A stretch of DNA of 64,000 nt from an uncultured archaeon (GTDB lineage: Archaea; Aenigmatarchaeota; Aenigmatarchaeia; QMZP01; JACQNV01), in the NCBI GenBank assembly GCA_964631205.1, contig CAZVWU010000002.1, forward strand, positions 69,031 to 133,030, written 5' to 3'. This document shows positions 36,523-46,363 of the stretch, in pieces (the first letter of the stretch is position 1; every line of letters starts with the position of its first letter). The position numbers and the translations under genes are program-made. Below the pieces are notes generated by a model. The model was not told the origin of the DNA. It saw nothing but the letters and a program-made list of their open reading frames with translations, and made no database searches.

Positions 36523-37572
36523 CTATTTCCCAAACAAATTTATCAATGGGTGATCCATATCTATCTCCTTCAACCCAGCCCTTTTCACTGAATCAAATAC
36601 TTGGTCAATTTTTTTATTATCAAGCCCCTTGTAAAATTCCCTGAACATCATGCCCGTTGAAATGCTGCCGGCCAGCTGCCCCTTCCATTTTATTTCATAT
36701 TCTTTCAAAATATTTTCAGAAAAATTGTTTTTATCAAAAGCCTTCTTGATTACTTTAGCTCCAATCTTGCCGCAAACCATCCCGTAATAAATCCCGCCGA
36801 AACTCCATGGTTTTGTCTGGGCAGCAGCATCCCCAACCAAAATTGTCCTGTCAAAATATGTTTTGTGGAAACCTGTAGGTATAGGAGAGGCTCTGCGTTC
36901 ACAACTGCATTTCTTATCCTTGATTTTAAAAAAATCCTCCATCAGCTCAAACTTAACCCCTGTCCCCAAAATCCCGTACTCAACCCTTTTGCCTCTTGGG
37001 ATCCTCCACAAAAACCCGTCCTTTACTTTTTCAGAATCAAACCAGACCTCGAAAAAACCAGAAGGGTCCTTCTCCTCAACCATTGTCATCAGACCAAGAA
37101 CGCTGTCAATCGGCTTGACATCCCATGCCCTTCTTACAACAGAATTGTTCCCATCTGCACCAATAACTAGTTGAGCCTGAAATGCTTGTTTATTTGTTTT
37201 AATTTTTACTTTTTCTTTTTCAACCTGAATTTTTTCAACTTTATTATTAAAAAAAATATTATTCACTTTGCTCGCCAGAAAACTGTCTAACTTATCCCTG
37301 TCCAGGGCATAAGTCCCCTGTTTAATCACGAGATTGTGTTTTTTTCCAAAAGGAGAGTATAAGGTGCAATTATTTATCTCATTTTCCACAAGCCCATCAA
37401 CCGGTATATAATTCCTTATATCCTTTGAAACAAGCCCTGAACATGCTTTCCCGCCTGCAGTTTTTTTAGACTCCAGAACAATAACCTTAAACTTATCCTG
37501 AAGCAGGCTTGCAATATAAGATCCTGCAGGCCCGCCGCCAACAACTATAATATCCGCCTCAGTCTTTGACAT
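36523..37572 (-). CDS. geranylgeranyl reductase-family flavoprotein
   Basis: DIIVVGGGPAGS FAD motif and LVGDAAAQTKP motif. Start moved to the ATG at 37572. Confidence 0.8.
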   Translation of the reverse strand: MSKTEADIIVVGGGPAGSYIASLLQDKFKVIVLESKKTAGGKACSGLVSKDIRNYIPVDGLVENEINNCTLYSPFGKKHNLVIKQGTYALDRDKLDSFLASKVNNIFFNNKVEKIQVEKEKVKIKTNKQAFQAQLVIGADGNNSVVRRAWDVKPIDSVLGLMTMVEEKDPSGFFEVWFDSEKVKDGFLWRIPRGKRVEYGILGTGVKFELMEDFFKIKDKKCSCERRASPIPTGFHKTYFDRTILVGDAAAQTKPWSFGGIYYGMVCGKIGAKVIKKAFDKNNFSENILKEYEIKWKGQLAGSISTGMMFREFYKGLDNKKIDQVFDSVKRAGLKEIDMDHPLINLFGK

Positions 37573-37673
37573 AAATTTTTCCTCAAGACAATTCCCCACC
37601 GACTATGCTATCCGCGTCCATACAACCATAAGATTATAAATAATGGATTTAAGCCTATTCCGAATAATATTCT

Positions 37674-38555
37674 ATGCTCGAACAAAATGCCAATCAAGCG
37701 CAGCCGCAAAAAAAATCATTTTATAACTACAAGCTCTTTGTCATATTCTCAATAGGGTTTTTGGTGCTGTCAATAGGAATATTAGTAAACAGCTATTTGA
37801 CAACAGGCGACTTCCTGCAAAGGGGCATAGAGCTAAAAGGCGGCTCTGTGATAAGCATCCCTGCTTCAGGGCCAGTTGACATAAGGCTTGTTGAAGAAAG
37901 GCTCTCAGAATTCCCCCAGCTCTCTGTCCGCCAAATAAACGGGATATCAGGCTCTGAAATCTCAATTGAAACATCATCAGACACAGACCCCCAGGAAATA
38001 CTCGATAAGGTTAAAGATATAGCCCAAACAGAAAAGGCATCTATTAGGTCGGTAGGCTCATCCTTGGGGTCTTCCTTCTTTTTCCAAGTCCAGGTAGGCC
38101 TTATCGCATCCTTTATACTGATGGCAACAGTAGTCTTTGTGATGTTCCGTTCCTTCGCGCCATCAGTTGCTGTCATCCTCGCCGCTGTCTCAGACATAAT
38201 AGAAACAATGGCAGTTATGAACCTGCTTGGAATACAGCTAACCCTCGCAAGCTTTGCTGCCCTTTTGATGCTGGTTGGTTACTCGGTTGACACAGACATG
38301 CTTCTTGGCTCCCGCGTGCTAAAAGGCTCTTCTTCAATCCCAATCTCTGAAAGAATTAAAGGCGCATTTAAAACAGGCATGACAATGAACATCACAACAA
38401 TAGCTGCCCTGATAATATTATTCTTTTCAAACCTGTCGCCTGTGCTGACCCAGATAGCTTCTGTCCTGATTATAGGGATTGTCCTCGACATGATCAACAC
38501 ATGGATCCAAAACGTCGCAATAATAAGGAGGTACGCAGAAAGCAAAGGTTTATGA
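37674..38555 (+). CDS. secF: protein-export membrane protein SecF
   Basis: N-terminal TM, ~100-aa external domain with LKGGSVISI, then 5 TM segments. Confidence 0.8.
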   Translation: MLEQNANQAQPQKKSFYNYKLFVIFSIGFLVLSIGILVNSYLTTGDFLQRGIELKGGSVISIPASGPVDIRLVEERLSEFPQLSVRQINGISGSEISIETSSDTDPQEILDKVKDIAQTEKASIRSVGSSLGSSFFFQVQVGLIASFILMATVVFVMFRSFAPSVAVILAAVSDIIETMAVMNLLGIQLTLASFAALLMLVGYSVDTDMLLGSRVLKGSSSIPISERIKGAFKTGMTMNITTIAALIILFFSNLSPVLTQIASVLIIGIVLDMINTWIQNVAIIRRYAESKGL

Positions 38556-38619
38556 TATTGATATGCTGTGCTAAATTGGATGGGATAGGCCAAGCTAACA
38601 AGGCGGACGTGTTTGTGAT

Positions 38620-40434
38620 ATGGCTTTAAAATTGCTTGAAAACTGGAAAGTGGTTGTTTTAGCGATAATGGTAATTGCAAGCCTTGCGGCTGTTGGCCTG
38701 AAATCAGGCCCAAGTAAAGGGGTTGAAATAGGCTTTATCTCAGAAAGCTCCCCTGCAAAAAACATCCTTTCGCAGGGCACGGTAATAACCAGTGTTGATG
38801 GTGTCCAGATATCCAACCTGAATGACTGGTTTAGGGAAACATCCAGCCTGAAAGGTCCAGTAGAGATCACAGCTAACGGGGATGACTATAAAATCACAGT
38901 AAATGATACCCTTGGCCTTGATGTCCTTGATGTCCAGAAATTCAACTTGGATCTTGGCCTTGACCTACGTGGCGGCACAAGGGTAATCCTGAAACCAAAA
39001 GAAAATGTTTCAGCAGAAGTTGTTGAAAACATAAAGCAGACACTGCAGACAAGGGCAAACCTTTACGGCCTCAAGGAAATAAAATTCAAGACCCTCACTG
39101 ACCTATCCCAAAACAATTTCATCCAAGTCGAGGCGAGCGGCGTAGGGTCTGACACAGTGAAAAACCTTCTGGCAACAACAGGCAAATTCCAGGCAAAAGT
39201 CACAAAACCAGTATACTTTTTCAACGCCACACAAGCAGAAATGCAGCTTGGCGAGAAAAAATACCCTGTTAAATTGGTAAATGCCCTCTCAGTCGAGATC
39301 GACAGCAAAACCCTGAACCCAGGCGACAAATTCCAGCTTGAAGAGATAAGCATACAATACCTTAACAGGACAGGACAGGCAGCCCTTTTCCTTGCAGATG
39401 TGTATGAAGGCAAGGACATAGAGCTTGTCTACTCTGATCCCCAGAGGTCTGGTGTAATCCCAGTTGGCGATAACAGCTACAGGTTTTATTTCGGCGTCCT
39501 TGTCTCACAAGAAGGCGCTGAAAAGTTCGCAAAAGTCACAGCAGGAATACCTTCTGTGCCTGATGCGTCAGGCGAATCATTCCTTCAGGGATCTGAGATC
39601 CTGATATATGTGGACGACAATCTTGTCTCATCCCTTAGGATCGGCTCAGAGCTCGGTGGCAAGCCTTACACCAATCCCCAGATAAGCGGAGGCAGGCCAA
39701 CACGAAAAGAATCTATTGAGGAGAAACTCCAACTCCAGACATTCCTTAGGTCAGGCTCCATACCAACAGGCCTGGATATAGTCTCGATAGATATAATATC
39801 CCCAACACTTGGAGCAGGCTTCATATCCTCCACGCTATACATAGGCCTGTTTTCTGGGCTAGCAGTCTTCCTCGTAGTGTTTGCCAGATACAGGAAACCG
39901 AAGATTGCGCTCCCAATGTTTTTTATTGCTATTTCAGAAATCATACTCATACTTGGAGTGGCGGCAATAAACGATTCAAGGATATGGCTCTCCATACTTG
40001 GCCTTAACACGATTATTTTAATAGTTGCCTGGTGGAAGAAGAAAGAAGTTGACATATTCTCTTTCCTTGGAGCCCTTACAATACCGCTTCTTGGAGCAGG
40101 CCTTTCATGGACAATAGATTTGCCGGCAATAGGCGGCATAATAGCAGCGATAGGGACAGGCATAGACCACCAGATTATAATCGCCGATGAAACCTTGCTT
40201 GGGGAGAAAAGGAAGCTTCTTGGCATGAAAGACAAAATAAAGGCCGCATTCTTCATAATCTTTGGCGCTGCCGCAACAATGGTAGCAGCAATGGCCCCGC
40301 TTCTTTTCCTGGTCGCAGAATTTGTGAAAGGCTTTGCAATCACATCCATAATAGGCGTGTGGATAGGGATATCAATGACAAGGCCAGCCTACGCAAAAAT
40401 AATTGAGGCGATGCAAAAAGAGCACGGGACATAG
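38620..40434 (+). CDS. secD: protein-export membrane protein SecD
   Basis: N-terminal TM, long external domain with LGLDLRGGTRVILKP, then 5 C-terminal TM segments. Confidence 0.8.
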   Translation: MALKLLENWKVVVLAIMVIASLAAVGLKSGPSKGVEIGFISESSPAKNILSQGTVITSVDGVQISNLNDWFRETSSLKGPVEITANGDDYKITVNDTLGLDVLDVQKFNLDLGLDLRGGTRVILKPKENVSAEVVENIKQTLQTRANLYGLKEIKFKTLTDLSQNNFIQVEASGVGSDTVKNLLATTGKFQAKVTKPVYFFNATQAEMQLGEKKYPVKLVNALSVEIDSKTLNPGDKFQLEEISIQYLNRTGQAALFLADVYEGKDIELVYSDPQRSGVIPVGDNSYRFYFGVLVSQEGAEKFAKVTAGIPSVPDASGESFLQGSEILIYVDDNLVSSLRIGSELGGKPYTNPQISGGRPTRKESIEEKLQLQTFLRSGSIPTGLDIVSIDIISPTLGAGFISSTLYIGLFSGLAVFLVVFARYRKPKIALPMFFIAISEIILILGVAAINDSRIWLSILGLNTIILIVAWWKKKEVDIFSFLGALTIPLLGAGLSWTIDLPAIGGIIAAIGTGIDHQIIIADETLLGEKRKLLGMKDKIKAAFFIIFGAAATMVAAMAPLLFLVAEFVKGFAITSIIGVWIGISMTRPAYAKIIEAMQKEHGT

Positions 40435-40492
40435 GGTAAAACTATAGTAATTCCAAAAATCATGTCAGGAACTAAAATTTTAGTTCAAGGCT

Positions 40493-40780
40493 TTAGATGT
40501 ACTCAATAGGCACGTTAGTCTCTCTTGAATATCCATCAAAAAGCCTTTCGACTGTTTCAGATTCTGGAGCTGATAGCCCTTCCCTAGAAATAGCCACAGG
40601 CTGATCCCTCTGGTTAAAGTAAGGTAGGTCGAAACTAATTTTCCCTACAAGAACCTTAAAATCAGTTTCCAGATGGCCAGATACAATTAAGCCCCCAGAG
40701 CCTGTATATGCGGGTGTATATGTGGCCAAATATTTCCTCTCACCGTTAACAGCGAACCCTCTGAACTCTATCTTCGGCAT
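40493..40780 (-). CDS. hypothetical protein (95 aa)
   Basis: ORF tightly coupled (2-nt gap) to 40783..41316. Confidence 0.4.
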   Translation of the reverse strand: MPKIEFRGFAVNGERKYLATYTPAYTGSGGLIVSGHLETDFKVLVGKISFDLPYFNQRDQPVAISREGLSAPESETVERLFDGYSRETNVPIEYI

Positions 40781-40782
40781 AA

Positions 40783-41316
40783 CTAAGACTTCTCGACAAA
40801 TTTGGTCACGTTGCCAAAAAGGTGTATAAATTCAGGATTTATTGTGCCCGTCCCTACAAAACCTTCAACCTCTATTGTGTTATTATTTGTTGACTTGCTC
40901 CAGCCATCCTTTAATATGTTCATCTTTGTGTTGGAAAGGCTGAGCTTATTAAGTTTTAAGCGCGATCCCAAATCTGCATTGCCTAATTTAAAATCCACTT
41001 TTAAAGGCGTCCGTGAATCAATAAGCTTCAATGTTTTGTTAAAGTAATCAACCCTTACTTCCCCCAAAAAGGCTGAAAATGTTGTAGATTCTATGGTTAT
41101 GTCAATGGGCGATTCAGGCTTGAGAACAAACTCTCCTTGAGGAAAAACATAAAGATCTAGGGTTCCCCCAGGCTTCCCTGAGGCGCCGAAGCTCACCTTG
41201 CCGCTTCCTTTGAAAGCCCCTGTAAATTTATCAGCTACCCCTTCAAAATTTATAAGCACTAGCACAATAATCACAACAATTATAATAATCGCAGCAATCA
41301 CTTTTGAAGAAAACAT
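40783..41316 (-). CDS. membrane-anchored hypothetical protein (177 aa)
   Basis: N-terminal TM, beta-rich remainder. Confidence 0.45.
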   Translation of the reverse strand: MFSSKVIAAIIIIVVIIVLVLINFEGVADKFTGAFKGSGKVSFGASGKPGGTLDLYVFPQGEFVLKPESPIDITIESTTFSAFLGEVRVDYFNKTLKLIDSRTPLKVDFKLGNADLGSRLKLNKLSLSNTKMNILKDGWSKSTNNNTIEVEGFVGTGTINPEFIHLFGNVTKFVEKS

Positions 41317-41393
41317 ATAAAGGCTGGCCCCCTAGAGTTATATACCTGTTAATAATATATATAATAAGGTTTAAATCTATCACTAATTATCTT

Positions 41394-42590
41394 ATGTCTT
41401 TTCAACCAACCCTCTTCCAGCTCGGCGGCACGGATATAATATCCTCCCTATTTTCCATGTTTTTATTGGTAATATTTTTCATGTTCTACCCAAGGCTGAT
41501 GATGGGCCAGATAATATGGAAGCTGGAAAAAAGCGCGTCTGAGATAGAGGAGATGGCTGCCAGCTCCAAAAAAATACTAATCAGGCAGATAGCAAAAAAG
41601 CCGAAAAAGGAATTGAAAGAGGCAGTCGACAGATTCTACGAATTTTTCTCCACAGGGCCTGTCGACCTTGACCCTTACGGAATAATCAAAAAATGGGATT
41701 ATGTGGTAAGGGAACAGAAGGACCGATTTACCCAATTTGTCAAGGGGATAGCACCAAGGCTTGATAGCGATAAAAAAGCGAACGTGGAGATGGGCTTTGC
41801 TGCAGGGATAACACTTTATGATGTCGCGAAAATAGTCAGGCATTTTGTTGAAACAGCAAAAAAGACAAAGAACATCCAAATAGCAATGATCATCCAGATG
41901 CAGATGCCAATGATCGAGAAGATCTCCAAATCCTTATATGCAGGCACAAAGGCCCTTGTGAAAGGCGAGCCTGTTGGCGACGGGTTAGGCCCGCTAGTTG
42001 CAGCAGACCTTATAGGGAATAACCCTGTAAAAGAAATTGAAGAAGATATTGTCGCCGCAAAAACAAAAATCAAAGGCAGGACTGTTTTTGTCATGAAATC
42101 AAAAGGCCCTGGGGGCAGGCTAGGCTATCCTGGAAAAGCCCTGCTTAAGCTTGCAAAAGGCCAGAAAATCTCTAAAATAATAACAGTCGATGCAGCAGCC
42201 AAATTAGAAGGCGAGAAGACAGGCAGCGTTGCGGAAGGGATTGGCGTTGCAATGGGCGGGATCGGGGTCGAAAGGTCTTACATAGAAAATATAGCTGTCC
42301 AGAAGAATATACCAATAGACGCTGTGATTGTAAAGATGTCGCAGGAAGAGGCAATCATGCCAATGAGAAAATCGATAAAAGATGCAGTCCCAAAGGCAAA
42401 GGAAGCAATAAACAGGATGATAGAATCATCCAAATCAAAAGGCCCTATCGTTATAATCGGCGTCGGCAACACATCAGGCGTAGGCAACAGCAAAAAAGCA
42501 GCTGAGCAAACAGCTTCATGGGTGGAGAAAAACGAAAAGGAAATCAAGAGAAGGCAGAAAGAAAAAGGCAAGAAAGACGATATAGAATAA
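41394..42590 (+). CDS. conserved archaeal membrane-anchored protein (DUF1512-like, tentative)
   Basis: N-terminal TM then a ~350-aa soluble part, with Lys/Glu-rich tail. Family name is from memory only. Start moved to the ATG at 41394. Confidence 0.45.
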   Translation: MSFQPTLFQLGGTDIISSLFSMFLLVIFFMFYPRLMMGQIIWKLEKSASEIEEMAASSKKILIRQIAKKPKKELKEAVDRFYEFFSTGPVDLDPYGIIKKWDYVVREQKDRFTQFVKGIAPRLDSDKKANVEMGFAAGITLYDVAKIVRHFVETAKKTKNIQIAMIIQMQMPMIEKISKSLYAGTKALVKGEPVGDGLGPLVAADLIGNNPVKEIEEDIVAAKTKIKGRTVFVMKSKGPGGRLGYPGKALLKLAKGQKISKIITVDAAAKLEGEKTGSVAEGIGVAMGGIGVERSYIENIAVQKNIPIDAVIVKMSQEEAIMPMRKSIKDAVPKAKEAINRMIESSKSKGPIVIIGVGNTSGVGNSKKAAEQTASWVEKNEKEIKRRQKEKGKKDDIE

Positions 42591-42606
42591 GACTTATTCT
42601 GATTTT

Positions 42607-42984
42607 CTAACCACTTCTTTTAGGCATCTGTCCGGATCCTTTCATCTCCTTTGCTCTGGATAACTCTCTTTTAAAAAACTCTTTTTTCAGATAGCGCGCA
42701 ACACTAACAGCCAACCTTGCTGCAACTTCTCTACCGTCCCCAGACTTGTAACCCCCTTCTTCAAGGTGGTTCTCTGTAAATTCAAAAAGCATCCTCATCT
42801 CTTCAGGCTCTACGCCAACATCAATGCAGCCATCTGTTAAAATCTGCGCATACGGAACAAGACGAAACTCATCCACATCACCGCTTACTACCCTGTAAAT
42901 ACGAAGCAGATCATCAACAGCTTCCCCTGGCGTGATAGAAGAATTATAACACCCGAAAATCCTGTTTAATTCATGTTCATCCAT
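42607..42984 (-). CDS. hypothetical protein (125 aa)
   Basis: ORF only; no motif recognised. Confidence 0.4.
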   Translation of the reverse strand: MDEHELNRIFGCYNSSITPGEAVDDLLRIYRVVSGDVDEFRLVPYAQILTDGCIDVGVEPEEMRMLFEFTENHLEEGGYKSGDGREVAARLAVSVARYLKKEFFKRELSRAKEMKGSGQMPKRSG

Positions 42985-43099
42985 AACGTTGATAATTTGA
43001 ACTTAAACTTTAAATATCCAACTCCACAATCCTGTCGCCAATTTAAATTTCAACTTCAATTAACTTAATGGAAAATAAAAAACTGCTTTTAATTGGCGT

Positions 43100-44632
43100 A
43101 TGACATTCCAACCCCTCTACAAAGGCGGCTCGACTTCCAGCAACAGCCTTATAATCGGAGATCCAGAAGGCTCTGTTGGAATTGTTACCCTCTGGAGCAA
43201 AGCCAAAGAAATAGCCAAAAAAATAGACCCAAAAAATTATTGTGTAATCGGCCAGCTATTTTCAGCTGAGAGGGGCCTTGATTTCCTTGCAAGAAACCTA
43301 CTCGCAAACCCACAGATAACCAACCTTATTGTAACCGGCGTCGACTTCTCAAAATCCGGGATTGTTTTGATTGATTTTTTCCAAAATGGCTTTGAAAAAG
43401 GCAAGGCAGACACAACAGAAAAGGATTGCTGGCGCGTGAAAAGCCAGTACGCGGGCTATATAGATCTGGACATACCTGAAGAGGTTTTGAACAATCTCCG
43501 TGAAACAGCAAATATAATTAAAGCGCCCAATATAGAAACCTTTGATTTTTCCACTTTGCAAAAACCCAGCAAAGCAAGAAGTAAAAATATTTTTCTCAAA
43601 AAAGAAGAGTCTATAAAACAGTATGTCGGCGAATACACAGGCCATATTGTGAGAGGCAAAACAATTGCAGAAGCCTGGCTGAAAATCCTGGACACCATTT
43701 TAAAATTTGGCAGGGAATCCGGGACACACTATGACGAAAAACAAAAGGAGCTTGTAAACCTACTTTCAATAATTTCTGAAGAAGACCCGAACAACTTTTA
43801 TATTCCAAGCTTTTTGCCTGGCGATGAACAGCACATAAAGGAATACATCCCTAGGATAACACGCGACCTTCCAGGAGGGATCCACAAAAACGAATATACG
43901 TATGGATCCAGAATGAGATCCTGGTTTGGCACAGACCAGGTAAAAAACGCAGTGGCCAAACTTGTAAGGGAGCCAATATCCCGCGCAGTTGTGATAAGCC
44001 TCTGGGACACTGTAAAAGACCTGACATTAGGCGGCTCGCCCTGCTTGAATCACATCTGGTTCAGGGTCGCAGACAACAAGCTCCACATGACAGCAATCTT
44101 CAGATCCCATGACATGTTCGAAGGATATCCAGAAAACGCTTTTGGCCTGCGATCCCTTCAGGAAGAAATCCGACAAGGAATTGTTTCAGGCCTAAAAGAA
44201 AAGGGCGAAGAAATGGATTTGAAATTAGGCGACCTGATGATACTCTCCCAGTCAGCGCACATATACAAAGACTGCTGGGAAACATCCCAAATTACAGTGC
44301 AAAAATACCTCACCGGGAAATACACATACCATTTGGCAGAGCTTGATCCGCGCGGAAATTTTATAATCACAGTTGATTTCGGCTTGGGGGATATTGTAGT
44401 CGAACACACATCCCAAACCAATGAGAAAATCGGCGAGTACAGGGCAAAATCTGCAGCCGAGCTCCGTGATATTTTAACAAAAGAAAAAGTGATCTCTCTT
44501 ATCCCGCATGCGTTGGACTTGGGTATGGAGCTCATGAAGGCAGAAATTGCTCTAAAAACAGGCTCCCATTACAACCAGGACCAGCCGCTGGATTTTAATG
44601 AATTGAGGAATTTGCTAAAAGAAAATCACTGA
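43100..44632 (+). CDS. thyA: thymidylate synthase (ThyA-type) fused to an N-terminal MtrA-like domain
   Basis: The C-terminal half has GGSPCLNHIWFRV...AIFRSHDMFEGYPENAFGL...SQSAHIY, which parallels ThyA PCH..QFYV / RS.D..LG.PFN. The N-terminal ~150 aa (AERGLDFLARNLLANPQITNLIVTGVD..FQNGF) parallels MtrA ([22 protein letters not shown]..HKNGV). Confidence 0.7.
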   Translation: MTFQPLYKGGSTSSNSLIIGDPEGSVGIVTLWSKAKEIAKKIDPKNYCVIGQLFSAERGLDFLARNLLANPQITNLIVTGVDFSKSGIVLIDFFQNGFEKGKADTTEKDCWRVKSQYAGYIDLDIPEEVLNNLRETANIIKAPNIETFDFSTLQKPSKARSKNIFLKKEESIKQYVGEYTGHIVRGKTIAEAWLKILDTILKFGRESGTHYDEKQKELVNLLSIISEEDPNNFYIPSFLPGDEQHIKEYIPRITRDLPGGIHKNEYTYGSRMRSWFGTDQVKNAVAKLVREPISRAVVISLWDTVKDLTLGGSPCLNHIWFRVADNKLHMTAIFRSHDMFEGYPENAFGLRSLQEEIRQGIVSGLKEKGEEMDLKLGDLMILSQSAHIYKDCWETSQITVQKYLTGKYTYHLAELDPRGNFIITVDFGLGDIVVEHTSQTNEKIGEYRAKSAAELRDILTKEKVISLIPHALDLGMELMKAEIALKTGSHYNQDQPLDFNELRNLLKENH

Positions 44633-45549
44633 AGTTTATCCACATCCGCCGGATTCAAAACAGGCATCCCGAAAAGCTGGTAATCTTCATCCAATCTAGG
44701 GCAAGCACAATTTACTAAGGCATCCAGTTTCAGCCCCATCAGTTTTTCTTTTGTAATAAAATCCATAACAAGTATCCATGATTTCTTTCCCATGCCCTCC
44801 AGTTTTTTCTTCAAAACCTCAGCCTGCCTTATGTACATCTGTCCTGGTTTTGTTGAGACTACAATGCCAAAATTTTTACCTTCTTTAGCCTTTTCGATCT
44901 GCGCAAGCTTTATCCTTATCCATTTGTCCCTTTCCCTCGAAAAATCAATTATCTCATTCTTATCTGTGCTCAAAGAAAAAACCGGCTTTTGTGTTTTGTA
45001 AACAATTCCCAGAGGATGGAATCTCCCAGAGCCAACAAACAGTATGCAATCCGCATCGCCCTGCAAGGCAGCTGCCTGATCACAACCTAAAACTTGCCCA
45101 ACCTGTTTTGAAATTCCCGGTTTCCCGAAGGCTAAAACTTTTTTATTTTTATTTTCAAGGAATTTTTTGACTTCAGGCAGGCATTCAATATGCTGCGCAG
45201 TCGAAACCAAATTAAAGGAATTAAACTTTTCTATTTTATAAAATTCTTTTTCAAGAGCAGGAAGAGGATCGTATTCCAGCCTGTAAGGCCAGTAAAAAAT
45301 CGGAATTTTAGCAGTAACCCCAAACGATGTATGCCCAATATTAATTATCCCATCACACCCTAAGTCAACAGCCTCGTGAACCCGGATATCGCAAGCTCCC
45401 CACATCGGCTCACATGATAAAATCACCTCAAAACATTCCTTTTCCAAATTGTCCGCAATCTCCTGCATTTTTGTCTTCAGCCCTTCTGGAAACTGGACAT
45501 AGACCTTTTTCACTTTCTTCTCTTTCAACTGTTTTATTAAATCTTCCAT
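44626..45549 (-). CDS. dph2: diphthamide synthesis enzyme Dph2 (2-(3-amino-3-carboxypropyl)histidine synthase)
   Basis: VQFPEGLK, GCDGIINIGHTSF and LFVGSGRFHPLG motifs. Confidence 0.85.
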   Translation of the reverse strand: MEDLIKQLKEKKVKKVYVQFPEGLKTKMQEIADNLEKECFEVILSCEPMWGACDIRVHEAVDLGCDGIINIGHTSFGVTAKIPIFYWPYRLEYDPLPALEKEFYKIEKFNSFNLVSTAQHIECLPEVKKFLENKNKKVLAFGKPGISKQVGQVLGCDQAAALQGDADCILFVGSGRFHPLGIVYKTQKPVFSLSTDKNEIIDFSRERDKWIRIKLAQIEKAKEGKNFGIVVSTKPGQMYIRQAEVLKKKLEGMGKKSWILVMDFITKEKLMGLKLDALVNCACPRLDEDYQLFGMPVLNPADVDKLQ

Positions 45550-45605
45550 AATTTCGGTTATCTAAACCCATGACTTCCCTGAGTTTACAGTGAAGACACA
45601 AGACA

Positions 45606-46313
45606 TTAGATATCCACCCACCCTTTCCTTGCCTGTTCAAGCCTTTCAAAAGTCCCTGTGTCAAACCACTGGCCTGAAAAGGGGAAGCCTGAAAGCTTCC
45701 CTTCAGCTGCCAGTTTGGGGAAAACATCCTTTTCCAGCATGGAAAACCCTTCAGGGATAATGCCCAAAACCTGTGGCTCCATTATATAAAATCCGGCATT
45801 TATAAGGTTGGAGGGAGCCTCTTCCCTTTTCGGCTTTTCAATAAACTCCAGTATTTTGCTTCCCTCGAGTCTGGCAACGCCATACTGCGAAGGGTCTTCA
45901 ACAGTTGTCAAAGCGATTGTTGCCAAAGCCCCTGTTTTTTTATGCAGCTCAAACATACTATCGATCTCAATTTTTTTAAGCTCATCTGCATTTGAAACAA
46001 CAAAAGTTTCTTTTAAAAAGTTCTCAGCCTTTTTAAGAGGTCCTCCGGTCCCCAACGCCTCATCTTCTTCTATGTATTTTATTTCTAACCCAAACTCCTC
46101 CCCAGTCCTGAAATGCAATTTAATTTTTTCTTTCAGATAACCAACAGAAAAATAAACCTGTTGTACACCATATTTTTTCAAAAGGTCAAGCAGGTGCTCA
46201 CTTACAGCTTTCCCATGCACATCTATCAGAGGCTTTGGCGTATTATCAGTAAGAGGCTTCAGCCTCGTGCCCTTCCCGCCTGCAAGTATCACTGCTGTTT
46301 TCAGAATTTCCAT
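45606..46313 (-). CDS. sugar-1-phosphate nucleotidyltransferase
   Basis: AVILAGGKGTRLKPLTDNTPKPL and EDEALGTGG motifs. Confidence 0.8.
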   Translation of the reverse strand: MEILKTAVILAGGKGTRLKPLTDNTPKPLIDVHGKAVSEHLLDLLKKYGVQQVYFSVGYLKEKIKLHFRTGEEFGLEIKYIEEDEALGTGGPLKKAENFLKETFVVSNADELKKIEIDSMFELHKKTGALATIALTTVEDPSQYGVARLEGSKILEFIEKPKREEAPSNLINAGFYIMEPQVLGIIPEGFSMLEKDVFPKLAAEGKLSGFPFSGQWFDTGTFERLEQARKGWVDI

Positions 46314-46363
46314 AACACAATAAAAGAACTAAAAACTGTAGTTTAAATTAGTTTTCTCAGATT

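Noticed and set aside
39666-40349. 227-aa ORF on the minus strand
   Set aside because: Antisense to the TM domain of SecD, with no motifs; a typical shadow ORF in a long gene.
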